DNA of 64,000 bases from Azolla caroliniana (GCA_043228905.1 JBHGNT010000001.1:29202001-29266000); one strand, 5' to 3'; shown: positions 50,699-63,869, counted from the stretch's first letter. The notes: generated from the sequence alone by a model not told the origin. Numbers and translations are program-made.

Positions 50699-53600
50699 CT
50701 ACAAGTGCTCATCAGGATGGTTTAAATCCATCTCCACTTGCCTAATCGTCCATTGGATGCCTTCAAGTTTCTGTAGAAAATCATAGCGCACATGAATTTA
50801 GAAATAGTTATAGAATCTATACCCCCAAGCCAAAGAAAAAGGCCTAAATTTGTGCTTATATTGCGAAAGGGTAATTTGATAATCTAGTACAAGACATTCA
50901 GATAAAACTGGGAAAATGAAAAGCCTTCAAGCTGAATAAGTGGAAGCGCACACACTTGAACGAGATCATGGTAACGCCTTGCGATAGCATCGAAATGTGG
51001 ATCCACTCCTTGGTATTCTCGCAACCGTGTTACCTGAAGATGAAAAAAGACTTTGCAAATAATCAGGCATTCAAACAAAGAGCATGAGCTTCCGCATAAG
51101 GATATTTCAATATACTTACAGCTCTATTATATGCTGATGTTGCATCTTCTTTAGCCTCCACTAAATGTCCCCTAGAACAATAGAATTTTTATCAGCTCTC
51201 CTTCACACATGCCCACATGTAGAATCATGTGTATATCCATATTTTTGGTATATAAGCCATGAAAAATATCTCCACATTTTCACACCTGATTTTATGTAAT
51301 GCAGGTATTGAGTCTTGAGTGTAGGTATCCCTAAGAAGGAGGTGCTCGAGAACCCTATTTAGGTAGGGATTTTTTTAGTAGGAATGAAGTAAACATATTA
51401 ACACTTACACAAATAATGAATGGTCATTAAGTTTTTCTTAAGAGCCAAATCAGAAAACAGACCGCAACTTAGCATTCATAGTTTGGCATCGTTTACAAAG
51501 CCATGATTTCCTAAGTCCGTCCTGGAGATAAACTAGAGTCAGTCCAAACAATGATGGAAAAGGTTAAATCATTCCATAAGAAAAAAAAAAGTTACATATT
51601 GATGTTGGTGTTGCAACTTGAAGTCCTTTACAATTCTTAGCAGTACTCCAAGTATTTGTTCCAGAACCTACATGCCAAGACAATCAGGTTGGTTTTTTAT
51701 GTAGAGAAATGATTTTTGTTTTATCATGTGACATTTTCTTAAATTCTTGCAGATGATTATGTTTTGAGTGAAGGTGTATTATGTTTTGATTGAAGTATTT
51801 GTTCCAGAACCTACATGCCAAGACAATCAGGTTGGTTTTTTATGTAGAGAAATGATCTTTGTTTTATCATGTGACATTTTCTTAAATTCTTGCAGATGAT
51901 TATGTTTTGAGTGAAGGTGTATTATGTTTTGATTGAAGTATTTGTTCCAGAACCTACATGCCAAGACAATCAGGTTGGTTTTTTATGTAGAGAAATGATC
52001 TTTGTTTTATCATGTGACATTTTCTTAAATTCTTGCAGATAATTATGTTTTGATTGAAGGTGTATTATGACTTATGCTTTTATCCTAAGTTCTTGTACAG
52101 AAGCACCAATACAGCAATGAAAGCCATACATTGTAGTACTCGGCAAATTTTCTGTCAGCAGAATACAGGTCCTCAAGTAATGCTTCCTCATCCAGTTCTA
52201 TCTCTTCAATTACAGACTTGATCCTGAATGTGTTGTCAAAAAGAAACCTATAACTAGTTATTAAAACGTCAAAAAAAAACATGCCAATTGCACTTACCTT
52301 TCTGGAAGACGCAAATTTTTCACTGTATTCACTCCAAAGGATTCTGTTATAAGCATGCAGTTTTGATGTTGTCAAACATAAGTAAGATAATTGTATTTCC
52401 CAATTAGAACACTGTAGTTTCATGTAAGAAAACTCGATGTACCTGTTTCATCCAGAATAAAAGATGATGCAATCAACTCGCTCTTTGCTTTTAACCGAGC
52501 CTCCAGCTCAGGAACTAATGCCATTTGATAGATTGTGGCGTCCTGAAAATGCTAAAAAGCCTTTTCACACCCTCTAAGAGACCAAAAGTTGCCTAGTTCT
52601 AAAATATCAAGATGCCAATTGAACAGGAGCATTCTGAGCATAAACTATAATTGAAAAATATACATAGATATTAGGTCTCTACTGAAGCACTTCCAGAAAG
52701 CATGTTTCTTGAAACTTTTCCCTTCAGAATATTTAACACGCTAGGTTGACTGGCATTAGAAGTGCTTGTTGATGACCTCGACACCGCGGAGATAATTTAG
52801 TTTAGGAATCAGGAATCAGGGTGATTCCTATCAATCTAGAGACATTAGAACATGCAGACCCCTTTATTTTCTATGATAGAGAATCTCCTCCATTTCACAA
52901 ACAATTAAAATGGATAAGAATGTTTTGAAACAAAGAAACATACACAAGAATACTTGACCATCCTTCAATGGTGTATACATGGAACTAATGGGTTAAGTGT
53001 TATGTCACATTGAACTACTATAATGTGATGATGTAATGTTTGAGGTCGATTGTTAAGGACTACAATCACTTTGTTCCTCCCTCTTCCATATGGTTTTCCG
53101 TTTCCTTGCAACTTCAACTCATTGCGGTTGTTTTAGTGCTCAAGAATTGTTTGAAACACTCATATGTATGCCTCCATCAAAGTGAAAACACAAAGGTTTT
53201 GGAAGCTATTTGTGCACAAAAAGCCGATGATTATACATTGGCTTTCACGAATGTTTGCCAAATAGGTTTGTGGATGTGAAGATATACAAATGAGAGTGCA
53301 TGAGATAAGAGAGGTGACGAGGTGGTGGGTGGATGAGCGAGGGCAAAACCACTTGGAATATAACAATTGAAATAAATAAGAATGTTTTGAATCAAAGAAA
53401 CAACACAAAAACATGAAATAATATTCACCATCTATAGAAAGAAACAAAAAAACATAAGTATTGAAAACCATGCCTCTGCAAATGATGCCTTTGACAAATG
53501 AACTTGACGAAGCCAAGCAGGAGTGATACCAAGAAATCTGTTGATGACACCTCCCACACCAGCTTCCCCAGACTCTAGACTCCCCGTTCCTGTCGCTGAT

Positions 53601-56600
53601 GAACTTAAGAGGGAATTACTTCCATTTGAACTTATCGAACTTGCCCGAGTGGTTGAGGGTGTACTTTCCACTGATGTTCTGGTGCCGAGCATCCCATTCT
53701 CAATTTCTTCTTCTGGAAGCTCTCCATCTTTGGATAGAAATGGCAACCTTAATCGTTGAGTTGATTGAGCAACCACCAGTCTTTGTTCCAAAGCTTCATA
53801 AACCTGCAAGGTATAACAAGGATCTACTTCCATTTCGTTTTTTTCGAAACTACAGACCAAACCACAATGCAGGTCATGTAAAAATTTAAATCCATCACAA
53901 CAGCACTCTTCTATAAAGGATGATAATATCTTAATGACCATTCGGTATCATCTTTGAACATTTAAACTGAAATATTGTTAGAGAAATATAGATTGAATTG
54001 GAGAGTGGGAGCAAAATATATTAACAGAATTGAGATTGTGAACAGAGGGATGAAACAGTACTATGATTTCAAAAACCTAAAAGAAAATTTAGGAAATTCA
54101 CCAACTGCATTTAGCAATTTCTAGCTTGTATTGTTTAATGCATGGGCCTTGGAGACTCTCATGTGTAGTTCAAGCTTATCTAATGTAGGTATGCCAGCAT
54201 ACAGCCATAGCTACAGTGACATGCTTTTCTATGCTAAGAAAGTAAGGTCAGGACAAATTAATTCTTTACCAGAAATGTGGCGATAGAAATGGCGCATTTA
54301 ATGTGTGTCTAATAAACTTCTGTGAGTTTTCACTGTACACAGTTTCACAATATTTCTACTTGGGAGAAAACAGACAAACTTGGAAGATGTAAGCCAACAT
54401 GAATTCAAGTTAGAAAATCTGTACACCTTCTAATTAGCAACAAAATGTTACCCAAAACATTTCTCTGGTGCACCCTAAATGATACTAGGCAGACATAGTG
54501 GTACAATGAACGACATATCTTGGCAAAACTCCTCTAAGTTTATCAGTGTTTGAAGAGGGGCATGCATTCACAGTCACAAATTTCTTGGAAGCTGCACTTA
54601 CCTTGTTGCACATGTGTTAAGTGCTTATATGTATCAGCAGATCTACAGAAACTGAAATAAACTTCTGCATTGAAAATAATGTTGCTTGCCAAATTTGATG
54701 TTTTGATTCTCAATACAGATTAAATGAAGTGAGACTCGACAAATACCTTTGGTGAGCTCCGCAAGCCAAGTTGAGAAAACAAAGCTTGTAAATCGCGCAT
54801 GCCACCTGAACTTGCCACAGAAATCGCATGCTGGAAGTCTTCAACCATGGCCATAGCTTCACAGTATATTGTCTGTTAAGTATATCTTTAACAATGAATT
54901 CTGTAGCTTAACAAAGCATTCAGGATAGTGAAAATGCGAACAAAACATAGATTCCAAAATAGTCACTTACCATGGCTTCTAGATATTGCAAACGCTCTCT
55001 TCCCATTTCTTCTCGGGCCTGAAAGAAATTCTTTAATCATTATTGTTTCTAGAAGCTCCTGCTAAATTTGGCAGAATTAGATGTATTGTTTTGTATGCTA
55101 GGTTAAGAGACACAAGTCGCTCCAAGGCTTTCCTAATGGGATGAATGTTCACTCAAAACTGTTGATAAAATATAGTTATGCTATTAGACTTTTAAAAAAC
55201 ATGTATAGATGCAGATATATAACATATGGTAGGTTCAAAATGCAAAATCGACTAGAACATGCTTGAAGATCAAAAAGCTCACAATCATGAAGAGCATGTT
55301 ACAGATTCACAATCTAAACTATAAAATGCAGTTCAAGTTATACTCTTAATGTACATGACTTTATAATCCTTGCTAACACAGAAAGAAGAGACTTTTTGTT
55401 CTGTGCTTCAACTCTTCTATAAGACATTCTCTCTGACAAAACATCCACAGGACAGAAGAATGACAACGATGTCTGCAAAGTTAACAAAATAACTTTTATT
55501 CCAAGTGGGAGTGTCTTTCAAGATTATGAAAATTTTTACAAGAAAATTGTCCATGCACTAGAAAAGATAGAAGCTGAAGAATTTAAGGTTTCAATCCTAA
55601 TGTACATTCGTCCATTCTAAACTCAAAGAATGGAAGTTTTTCTGTGTTTGACTCTTCCAGAGACTTTTCAAATGTGATCATAGCCTATGTGCTGAATTCA
55701 GCGAAGCTAAGCTAAAAGATGAAAATAAATATTAAACTTTTTTATCCTTAACCTTGCTCTGGACATTGTCATGCTCTTCCCTAAATAAATCCTAAGCGCT
55801 GAATCTTTGAAGCAGGCTGATAGTTAAATTTTACCCGAGTTCAATAAATGAAGGCAGATTTGATGATTTCCGATCTAATCTCCATCATGGAATACTATGT
55901 GCTACACTTAAATAAAGAATAAAAAACTAAAATTAAAACTCTTTCCAGACATCTCCATGATCTCAGTGTTCAGAAGGCTGAAATATAGAAAGATCACAAT
56001 GTGTTCCAACACTTGCAAAGAATATTTCTGTCATTATAGAGAGAGAGAACCTCTGTTTCATCTCTTCCAGAGATATTTTAATTGATCCTAAAGATAGATG
56101 AACATTGACTTTTTTCTGATTCTAATCTACAGAATTGAATCGTCCATGAAAAGCTGAAAAAAAAGAGATTTCTATGTTTAAATTCTCTTCAGACACTTCC
56201 ATCTACTCTGGCTGGAGAAGACGTATCTTAAAAACGAATAATTGAGATAGATATAACTACATTGTACAGACATAGTCGATGCTAAGCTTGGAGAATGAAC
56301 GAAATAACTGAATTGGAAAAATAACTGTTTCATCTCTTCCCGTGACCTTTTCATTTTATCCTAAAGGAAGCCCAACCTCATGTACATCACGGCGCCATCC
56401 ATGCTAATCTGGAAGACAGAAGAAATAGGTTTTCTTTGCAAGGGTCACAAAGACATAGCTGAGTTCGATCCGATGCATGCAGATCTGAACCAAACCTCTA
56501 CATTTTGCAACTGCATCGAAAAACCGACGCGTAAAGAGACACAAAAAAATACTTTACTCGTTACATACTGAATCTCCTCCTAAAGATACTTGAGTTTTTT

Positions 56601-56814
56601 GTTGAAGGATTTGACGCAGAAAGATGATCAGCGAGAGCGAGAGAGACAGAAGATGAAGCAGAGAGAATCATACCTGAGTGAGATCAAGGAAGGCAGATCT
56701 AGACATGAGAGATCCATCGGGAGCCAAGCAATGGCGTTCTAGCTGCTCAAGAACGTTGGAGAGACCAGGACCAAGTGGATGACCGATCGGAGGGTGAAGA
56801 ATTGGCTTCACCAT
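50699..56814 (-). CDS. AUG4: Augmin (HAUS) complex subunit 4, ~428 aa, 13 exons
   Basis: Exons: 56814-56674, 55018-54971, 54872-54747, 53803-53474, 52542-52443, 52343-52298, 52223-52130, 51667-51596, 51521-51463, 51354-51286, 51171-51120, 51033-50956, 50770-50699 (1287 nt). Matches remembered plant AUG4 blocks: QLERHCLAPDGSL, AREEMGRERLQYLEAM, NRFLGITPA, EDLYSADRKFAEYYNVLEQILGVL, VTRLREYQGVDPHFD, QWTIRQVEMDL. Confidence 0.93.
51650..52069. repeat. Tandem repeat, 143-bp unit x ~3, spanning an AUG4 intron/exon junction
   Basis: Units start AAGTATTTGTTCCAGAACCTACATGCC at 51650, 51793 and 51936 and are nearly identical. Confidence 0.95.
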
Positions 56815-57063
56815 GGCTAGCCACAACAACAAAAAACCATACACACAAAAACTTACGACAGATATATCTTCTGTCTCAAAAGTCCACACGCAGAAGTAGT
56901 GGTTACGAATCTCAGTACTCGACACAAAAGAGCACCCACTGCTTCGATGGATTTCACTGCAACTCCACTCAAGCAATGGAAATTGACTGCTTCGAGCTCA
57001 GCAACGAAGAGACAGTGATGACGTCAATGGCGAGGATGGGAGCTTCAGCCTCTGCGGACAGGT

Positions 57064-57071
57064 TTTCCCGC
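57064..57071 (+). promoter_or_regulatory. E2F consensus site upstream of AUG4
   Basis: TTTCCCGC matches the plant E2F consensus TTTSSCGS, ~250 bp upstream of the ATG of a mitotic gene. A TGACGTCA palindrome lies at 57019-57026. Confidence 0.5.
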
Positions 57072-57959
57072 CCTCGCGACCGAGCTTCCGTAACCATGGT
57101 TTTCTTTTAACTTAACCACGGTCTGATCGTAACCGCGGTTCCATAATAAGCTTATTTAGCTAGAGTTAATCTCCTTTGGTTAGGTCTTTAAACTTCTTTT
57201 AATGTAACATACTACAGTGAGTGAACACTCCCATTTTGCTTCTTTTTAACTCAAGCTTGCTAGTTGGTAGGTAACAAGGAAACAAACACCCCCTCCCCCC
57301 TCCAACAAAACATAATAAGGTGGTGTAAATGGGTTATACAAACATTAGGGTAGAAAACCTTATGCAATGAATGGTGGAGAAGGATGTTAAGGTTAGTGTA
57401 CAAGAAGTAGTGTGGCATGCATGGATTGGAGCTTTATATAGCATAGACATCAACCCACAATCCCAAGCCTAATATATCATATTCTATTTGCACTCTCATG
57501 TAGAAGCAAACCTATAGATAGATCAAATTTCTTAGTGGACTCGTTAGCAAGAAAAAAACCATATCCAAGAGCAAGGCGAGACCTTGAGGGGGGGGGGGGG
57601 GGGATGAGGACAACACCTCCCCACTCACAAAGCAAGAATATCATAATGAGCCCTTGTTCTTAGACCCAATCACAAGTGACACCAACAATGCCTATTACTT
57701 TAAGTCCAATAAGGGTCAAAATCCAGAGAGACCTTTTTTTTGTTTTCTTTTATGAAACCTATTTGGGTATTGATTTCTCTCAAAAGGAAACATTGTACAA
57801 GCGTGGATAGTGTTTTTTTTCTCAAAACAAAATATCCTTCCATTAGTTTTCCAAAAACATATCAACTACAAACTACAAAACAGATGGAAAAGAAACGACT
57901 ATCCCAATGGCTAGCCATGGATCCTTCATTTAACTAATATCCATCTCAACATCTAATTA

Positions 57960-58780
57960 CATTTCAGTATGTCAACCAATTCTCCCCTGTTGCCACCTGC
58001 TTTCAACATACCAGAAAATATCATCATAGTAGTTAGAGACCTTGCACAAGCATTAAAGGATAGAGTTGTATAGTATCCTCCTTCTTATCATGCTCGATAT
58101 AGCCCAATAACATGGCAGGTCGTTGTACCATATCTCCACCAACAATAAATTCTCAAAAAGCTCTGAGGCTTGAATTATTGCTCCACATTTCCACACTAAA
58201 TCCAGTGTTTCAAAAAGCCTTCAAGATGCAAATATATGTGATCCAATCTGGTGAGAGACCCTCACTTTGCATCTTCTTTTTGTGTTGAGCATACCCAGTA
58301 ATGAGTTATTCAAAGAGTATAGAGTCCTAACAAGAAGCTCACCATGCACTTTTTGTGCTTTTTCAAGCATACCACAATTCACATACCTATCTACCAACGC
58401 CTTGCCCAACATAACATCCTTCTCAAAAATTCCCTTCTAACAATCTAATCATGAACTTGAAATAAACAAATACCTTAACACATTGTGAAATTCAGTATAG
58501 CCGGGTCTGAGCTAGGCTAGCGAACAATGCCTTCCAAGATACTACAAATCGAGGTGGAACATGGTACAAAAACCTACTTGAGCAGAGACACATAAGGTGG
58601 ACCATTTTATATCATCATAAGCTTGGCCACATTGAATACATCCTGTGACGTGAGCATTCCTAGCGGCAATAATCTTCGTGGGTAGTTCGGTAAATACTTG
58701 TTCAACTTTCACTAGGTCACCACATTTTGCGTACATCTAAACGAACCTACTTCCAAGATGGGTAATCTTTGCTAGAAAAC
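57960..58780 (-). pseudogene. Fragmented PLS-class PPR pseudogene
   Basis: Remnant motifs MYAKCGDLVKVEQVFTELP..NAHVTGCIQCGQ (58542-58736) and LGKALVDRYVNCGMLEKAQKVHGELLVR (58221-58412) are separated by stops, frameshifts and unrelated sequence. Confidence 0.8.
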
Positions 58781-59175
58781 CTCTCTTTTTTCTTTTGACA
58801 AAAAGAAACGCCTTGGTATTATAAAATCATAGGAAATACAAAAGTTGTGTTGGATATACCAATTGATTCCCTTGTATTGTCATCCTGGGCGATTTGATGT
58901 GTATATACAATAACCACTGATAGTTTTTGTACATTGATGTTCAATATTCTTTGCTTTCTCCAAGCCCAAAGCTTGGGTTCATGACCCTTGATTTGTGAAC
59001 TCAAGTTCCCCTAGATCTATGCATTATGGGCAAAAATTTCATTGCATGTTCAGAATCATCAACATCCATGATATATTCATGTTCATAGGTTGCAGATTCA
59101 GGTTCCCTTATATACAACCACCATTGATATAGAAATCCATGTTAATCTCATCAGTAAATGCATCCATGACATGCT

Positions 59176-59559
59176 TGTGAAAAGTAACGTGCGAAAGCAA
59201 GTATGAAGACCGAACAGAAGGAAGAAAACTCAGGTTTAATGGAGAGCTTGAGCTTACGCAGTATACGCGGGAGAGACAGAGAGAGAACACAAGAACTATA
59301 TTCAACAATAATACTCAGTTTGTACATAAGACGTGCTCAGTGAACACTTTTATACAAGTCCTAGAAGGACTGACCGAAGTACTGACAGTACTTCAATGCT
59401 CATCAAGAGCTCCTACACTAACTCCCAAATATATTCCTCACGGAATATCTTTCCTAACGACCTCCCGGTTTACGCACTCGGCCTAACCGATCGGTCCCAA
59501 TCGATCCGGTCCTCGGCTTCTTCAACCGATCCGGCCGATGTTGAGCTTGTCTCTCAACA
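59176..59559 (-). repeat. 3' LTR of copia element 2 (384 bp)
   Basis: On the minus strand it starts TGTTGAG right after the PPT and ends TTTTCACA. Its last 119 bp match 63882-64000 with 2 mismatches. The flanking 5-mer ATGCT (59171-59175, +) is the expected TSD, but the other flank is outside the window. Confidence 0.93.
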
Positions 59560-59569
59560 CTCCCCCTCA
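59560..59569 (-). other. Polypurine tract of copia element 2
   Basis: Minus-strand TGAGGGGGAG directly abuts the LTR TG. Confidence 0.9.
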
Positions 59570-62500
59570 AGCTCAACTCGAGGCTCTTCGAGATCCTCGG
59601 GCTCACAACTCCGGTTCCTCCTGGCTTCACGCCTTGCTCGCACTCCTCGGCTTGTTCGACTCTGCGCGCCTCGACCCTTACGGTCGGCTTGTCTGCTCAT
59701 GTGACCCTTATCAGCTCTTCTGTTGTTGCGGTGTTGACGCTTCTCCTACTGCCTTTTCTTCCGCTTGGGCCTCGGTTGATTCAACGTGTCTGAATCAAAC
59801 ATCCGAACCGACTCAGCTACCTCCGATCGGTTTTCGCTCTCGTTCGAGTTGGCTGTCTCCAACTCGTCTTTGGTCTTCTCGCCCTCGGTGGCGTTATCTT
59901 CCCCATACGTGGTTGGCTTCGGCTCTCTCCTTCGGCTGCTCCCCTTCTGTCCGCTTTCGGACTTTTCCGCGGGTCCGCCCTCGGCTTCTTCAGCCGATCC
60001 GACGTCGAACTTGACAACCGAGTCAACCGACTCGGACTCGGTGTCGCGGTCTCCGCTCCTTTCCTATTGCCTTGCTTGGTCGTTCGGGACTGTTCTCCCC
60101 CTCAAGTTCAGCACATCGAGGTGACGCAACCCGAGCGCACCTGAGAATTGCCGCAACTTGTCCAGACCAAGAGGCTTGGTGAAGATGTCAGCAGTCTGCT
60201 GATCCGTCGAAACGTACTGAAGTTCGACTTCACCGAAAAGGACACGCTCAAGGACGAAATGGTAGTGCACCTCAATGTGCTTGGTCCGTGCGTGGAAAAC
60301 GGGGTTTTTCACGAGCTGGATGCTGCTGAGGTTGTCGCAGTAGATCGTCGTCGGATCGGACACCTCCACCTGCAGATCCTTAAGTAGCCGCTTCAACCAT
60401 ATGGCTTCGCATGTCGCGACAGCCGCTCCTCGGTACTTAGCTTCGGTGCTCGACAGTGCAACTGTCGGCTGCTTCTTACTGCTCCACGCGATCGCGGCAC
60501 TCCCGAGGGAGAACGCGTATCCAGATGTGGATCGGCGATCGGCGGCGTTGCCAGCCCAATCAGCATCGGTGTAACCAACTAACTACGCGGCTGCATCGGT
60601 CCGATATAGCAGTCCTCGGTCCTTAGTGCCACTTACGTACCGCAGTACGCGTTGCGCACACTGAAGGTGCTCCTCGGTAGGTCGCGCCATGAATTGACTG
60701 ATCACCCCGACCGGATAATTGAGGTCGGGTCGGGTGATGGTCAAATATACGAGGCTTCCGACAATTTGCCGGAACCTCGTCGGGTCGCATACCTTTCCCG
60801 TATCAGGACGAAGCTTGATGGTTCTGTCCAGAGGAGTCGAGACGTACTTACAGTCGGCCATCCCGAGTTTGAAGAGCATACCCAGCACGTAATGACGTTG
60901 GCTAATCAATATGCGTTCGAGGGTACGGATCACTTCGATCTCGAGGAAGTAATGAAGGTCCCCTAGATCCTTCATGTCGAACGATGCCGCAAGCTGGAGC
61001 TTCACGCAATTGATTTCACCTAGGTCGGTGCCGGTGATGACCAAGTCATCAACATATAGTAAAATACTAACTAGGCCGAGTCGACCTTTCCGGATGAACA
61101 GGGAAGAGTCCGATTTTGACGTGACGAAGCCCATCCGACGCAGTTGTTGCGTGATCTTTGCGTTCCAGGCATGCGGGGCTTGCTTTAGTCCGTAAAGGGA
61201 CTTCTTCAGTCGGCATACCGCCGAGGAGTTCGTTCCGGAGTGAAATCCGGGGGGCTGTACCATGTACACCTGTTCCTCAAGGTCACCTTGCAGGAACACA
61301 TTCTTTACATCCATCTGATGTAAGTGCCACCCCTTCGCCGCAGCTACTGCGAGCAAAACACGGACGATCGTCATTTTCGCGACCGGCGCAAACGTCTCAT
61401 CGTAGTCGATGCCGTGTTTCTGCGCGTAGCCCTTTGCCACTAGCCGAGCCTTGTACCGGTTAACGGAGCCATCGGTGTTGTACTTGACCTTATACACCCA
61501 CCTACACTCGATCGGTTTAGGGGGCTCAGAGTTGGGGGCTGGTACCAGGACGCGGACTCATCAAACACAACGTCACGGCTAACACGCGCTTGTTTGGTGC
61601 GAGGGTTATAGCACTTATAACCCTTCTGCTCGTCCGAGTAACCGACCAAGATACACTTCTCGGCCTTTGCGTCCAGCTTCCTCCTTTTCTCCTTCGGTAT
61701 ATGCACATACGCAATGCTACCGAACACCCTCAAGTGTCATAGGTTCGGCTTCGTTTCGAAGTATAGTTGGTGTGCCAACACCTTGTCTCCGATCCGGTTC
61801 TGGATGTATACCGCGGTCCTTACCGCCTCAGCCCAGTAGAACTTGGGCAAGCTCTTCTCCTCCAACATTGCCCTTGCCGCTTCCACAACTGACCGATTCT
61901 TCCTCTCGGCCACGCCGTTCTGCTCTGGCGTGTATCTACAACTGAATTCGCGGTGAATTCCCATTTGTTGTAGATAACCGTTGAATTGACCGGAAAAGTA
62001 CTCTTTTCCGCCATTCGATCGCAGGCACTTGATCTTCCGTCCTATTTCTGTTTCCACGAACCCTTTGAGGTCACGGAAACAGTCGAAGACTTCGCTCTTC
62101 CTCTCAATGAGGTAGATCCACGTGTGCCGCGTGTGGTCGTCGATGAAGGAGACGAAATATCGGCTCCCGCCAAGACTAACGTTTTGTGTCGGCCCCCACA
62201 CATCGGAGTGTATAAGGTCGAGCTTGTTCCGGCTCCGGTTCCGCTCGTTGGGGAAAGGAAGTCGGTATTGCTTCCCGAGTTGGCAGGCTTCACAAATTTG
62301 TGCCTTTCGGCTACTAAATTTGGGCAATCCGAACACTACCTGTTTCGATTGCAGATCTTGAAGCCGCTGGTAGTTGACGTGGCCTATCTGCTTGTGCCAC
62401 AAGTCAATGTCCGACTCGGTCTTTTGTCCCTTCGCGAACATTGCGGTGCCGCCGTCAGTGGAGTCGAGGATGAACATCCTCCCGTCTCTGCGCCCTTGCG

Positions 62501-63869
62501 CAATCACACGGCCTTCTTCCTCAATGAAGCACCCGAGGTGTGTAAACCGAACCTCCATCCCTTGGTCAACGATCTGTCCGACCGAGACCAGGTTTTTCGT
62601 GATTGTCGGAACGTGCAACACGTTCATGAGTTTCCCTTTCTACTCGACATGGCTAAGGGGAACTTCTCCGACATTCGCGATCGGATGCGGAGTGTCGTCT
62701 CCTGTTGCGACTACTCCAGGTTGTATCAGTTTTTCAAGGTACGAGAACCACTCCTTATGGCTCGTCATGTGGTTTGACGCGCCGGAGTCTACGTACCACA
62801 CCTCGTCTGATCTCGGGGTGGTCTGTTTCATTGAGTTTGCTTCGTGTCTCGTCACGAAGGCAGTCCCTTCTCCGACTCTCCCGGAGTCTTCGGCGTAGTG
62901 CGATCGCTGCCGATTTCCCTTGTCGGTATGTCTGGAGCTGCTCCCGGAACCAGTTCTCTTTGAATCGGCGCGCTTCTTCCAGCACTCACTTTCCTTGTGG
63001 CCTTTCTTGCCACATTACCAGCACTCCACGATGGACTTCCCTTGCCGGTTCTCATCGCTTTGACTCTCCCTGTTTCCGAAGGGTCTGGAGTTGTTGTCGG
63101 CATCACTTCGGTGCCTTCTTCCCTAATCTCGTCGGCCGCCTCCATTGCGCGGCGACTCGCCTCGTCCTCCACGTCCACGGGGCCTATCTCCCTCTGTGTA
63201 CATCATTCAGTTGTCGGTGTGCGTGCTTGTAGACGCACCCGCGTGGTTCTCCTCTACCAGGAGCATTGACTGTAAGTCGAAAAAGGACGACGTATTCTCC
63301 CGGGTACACACAGCCGTTCGGAACGCTCCGAACTTCGATGCCAAACCTCCGAGACAGATCTGGACCATCTCACTCTCCTCGATGTTCACCTCTATGGAGG
63401 CGAGGGAGTTGCAGATATCCTTGATCTTTGAGGTATAGTCTGCCACCGACAAGTCGCGTTGTCGTAGGTTGCTCAACTCCTGTCGGAGCTGAAGCTTCCT
63501 GGCTGTGGTGCTCGCGGCGAAAATCTTCTTCAGATTTTCCCACGCACCCTTCGGCATCTTTGCATCCCGAACATAGCTCAATAGTTGTTCGCCCACACAC
63601 GACGCGAAGCAGTATAATACCCTGCTCGCCGATTGCTCCCACGACGGGAAGTCTCTGTGTGTTGATTCGGGTGCCACGTCATTAGCTCCTTCGACATAAC
63701 TCCAGTAGCCGTGCTCGAGCAGGTACTGGTGCATCTTGTAGGACCACGACGCATAGTTGGTTCTGTCGAGCTTCTCTGTTGGAAGCGAGCTCGCCATGCC
63801 TCTATCCATCGTTCTACTTGTTTTTCTTCGTCAAGCTATGTCGGCTGCAGAGAGGTTCTCAACCCTCGC

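Noticed and set aside
51650-52069. CRISPR-like array interpretation of this or other repeats
   Set aside because: Eukaryotic intron context, contiguous 143-bp units without unique spacers, and no cas genes.
57587-57603. G17 homopolymer as a G-quadruplex regulatory element
   Set aside because: An isolated homopolymer of uncertain length with no supporting context.
61986-62898. Long plus-strand ORFs (263 and 174 aa) antisense to the copia integrase
   Set aside because: Expected from GC-rich codon usage on the coding strand, with no independent motif.
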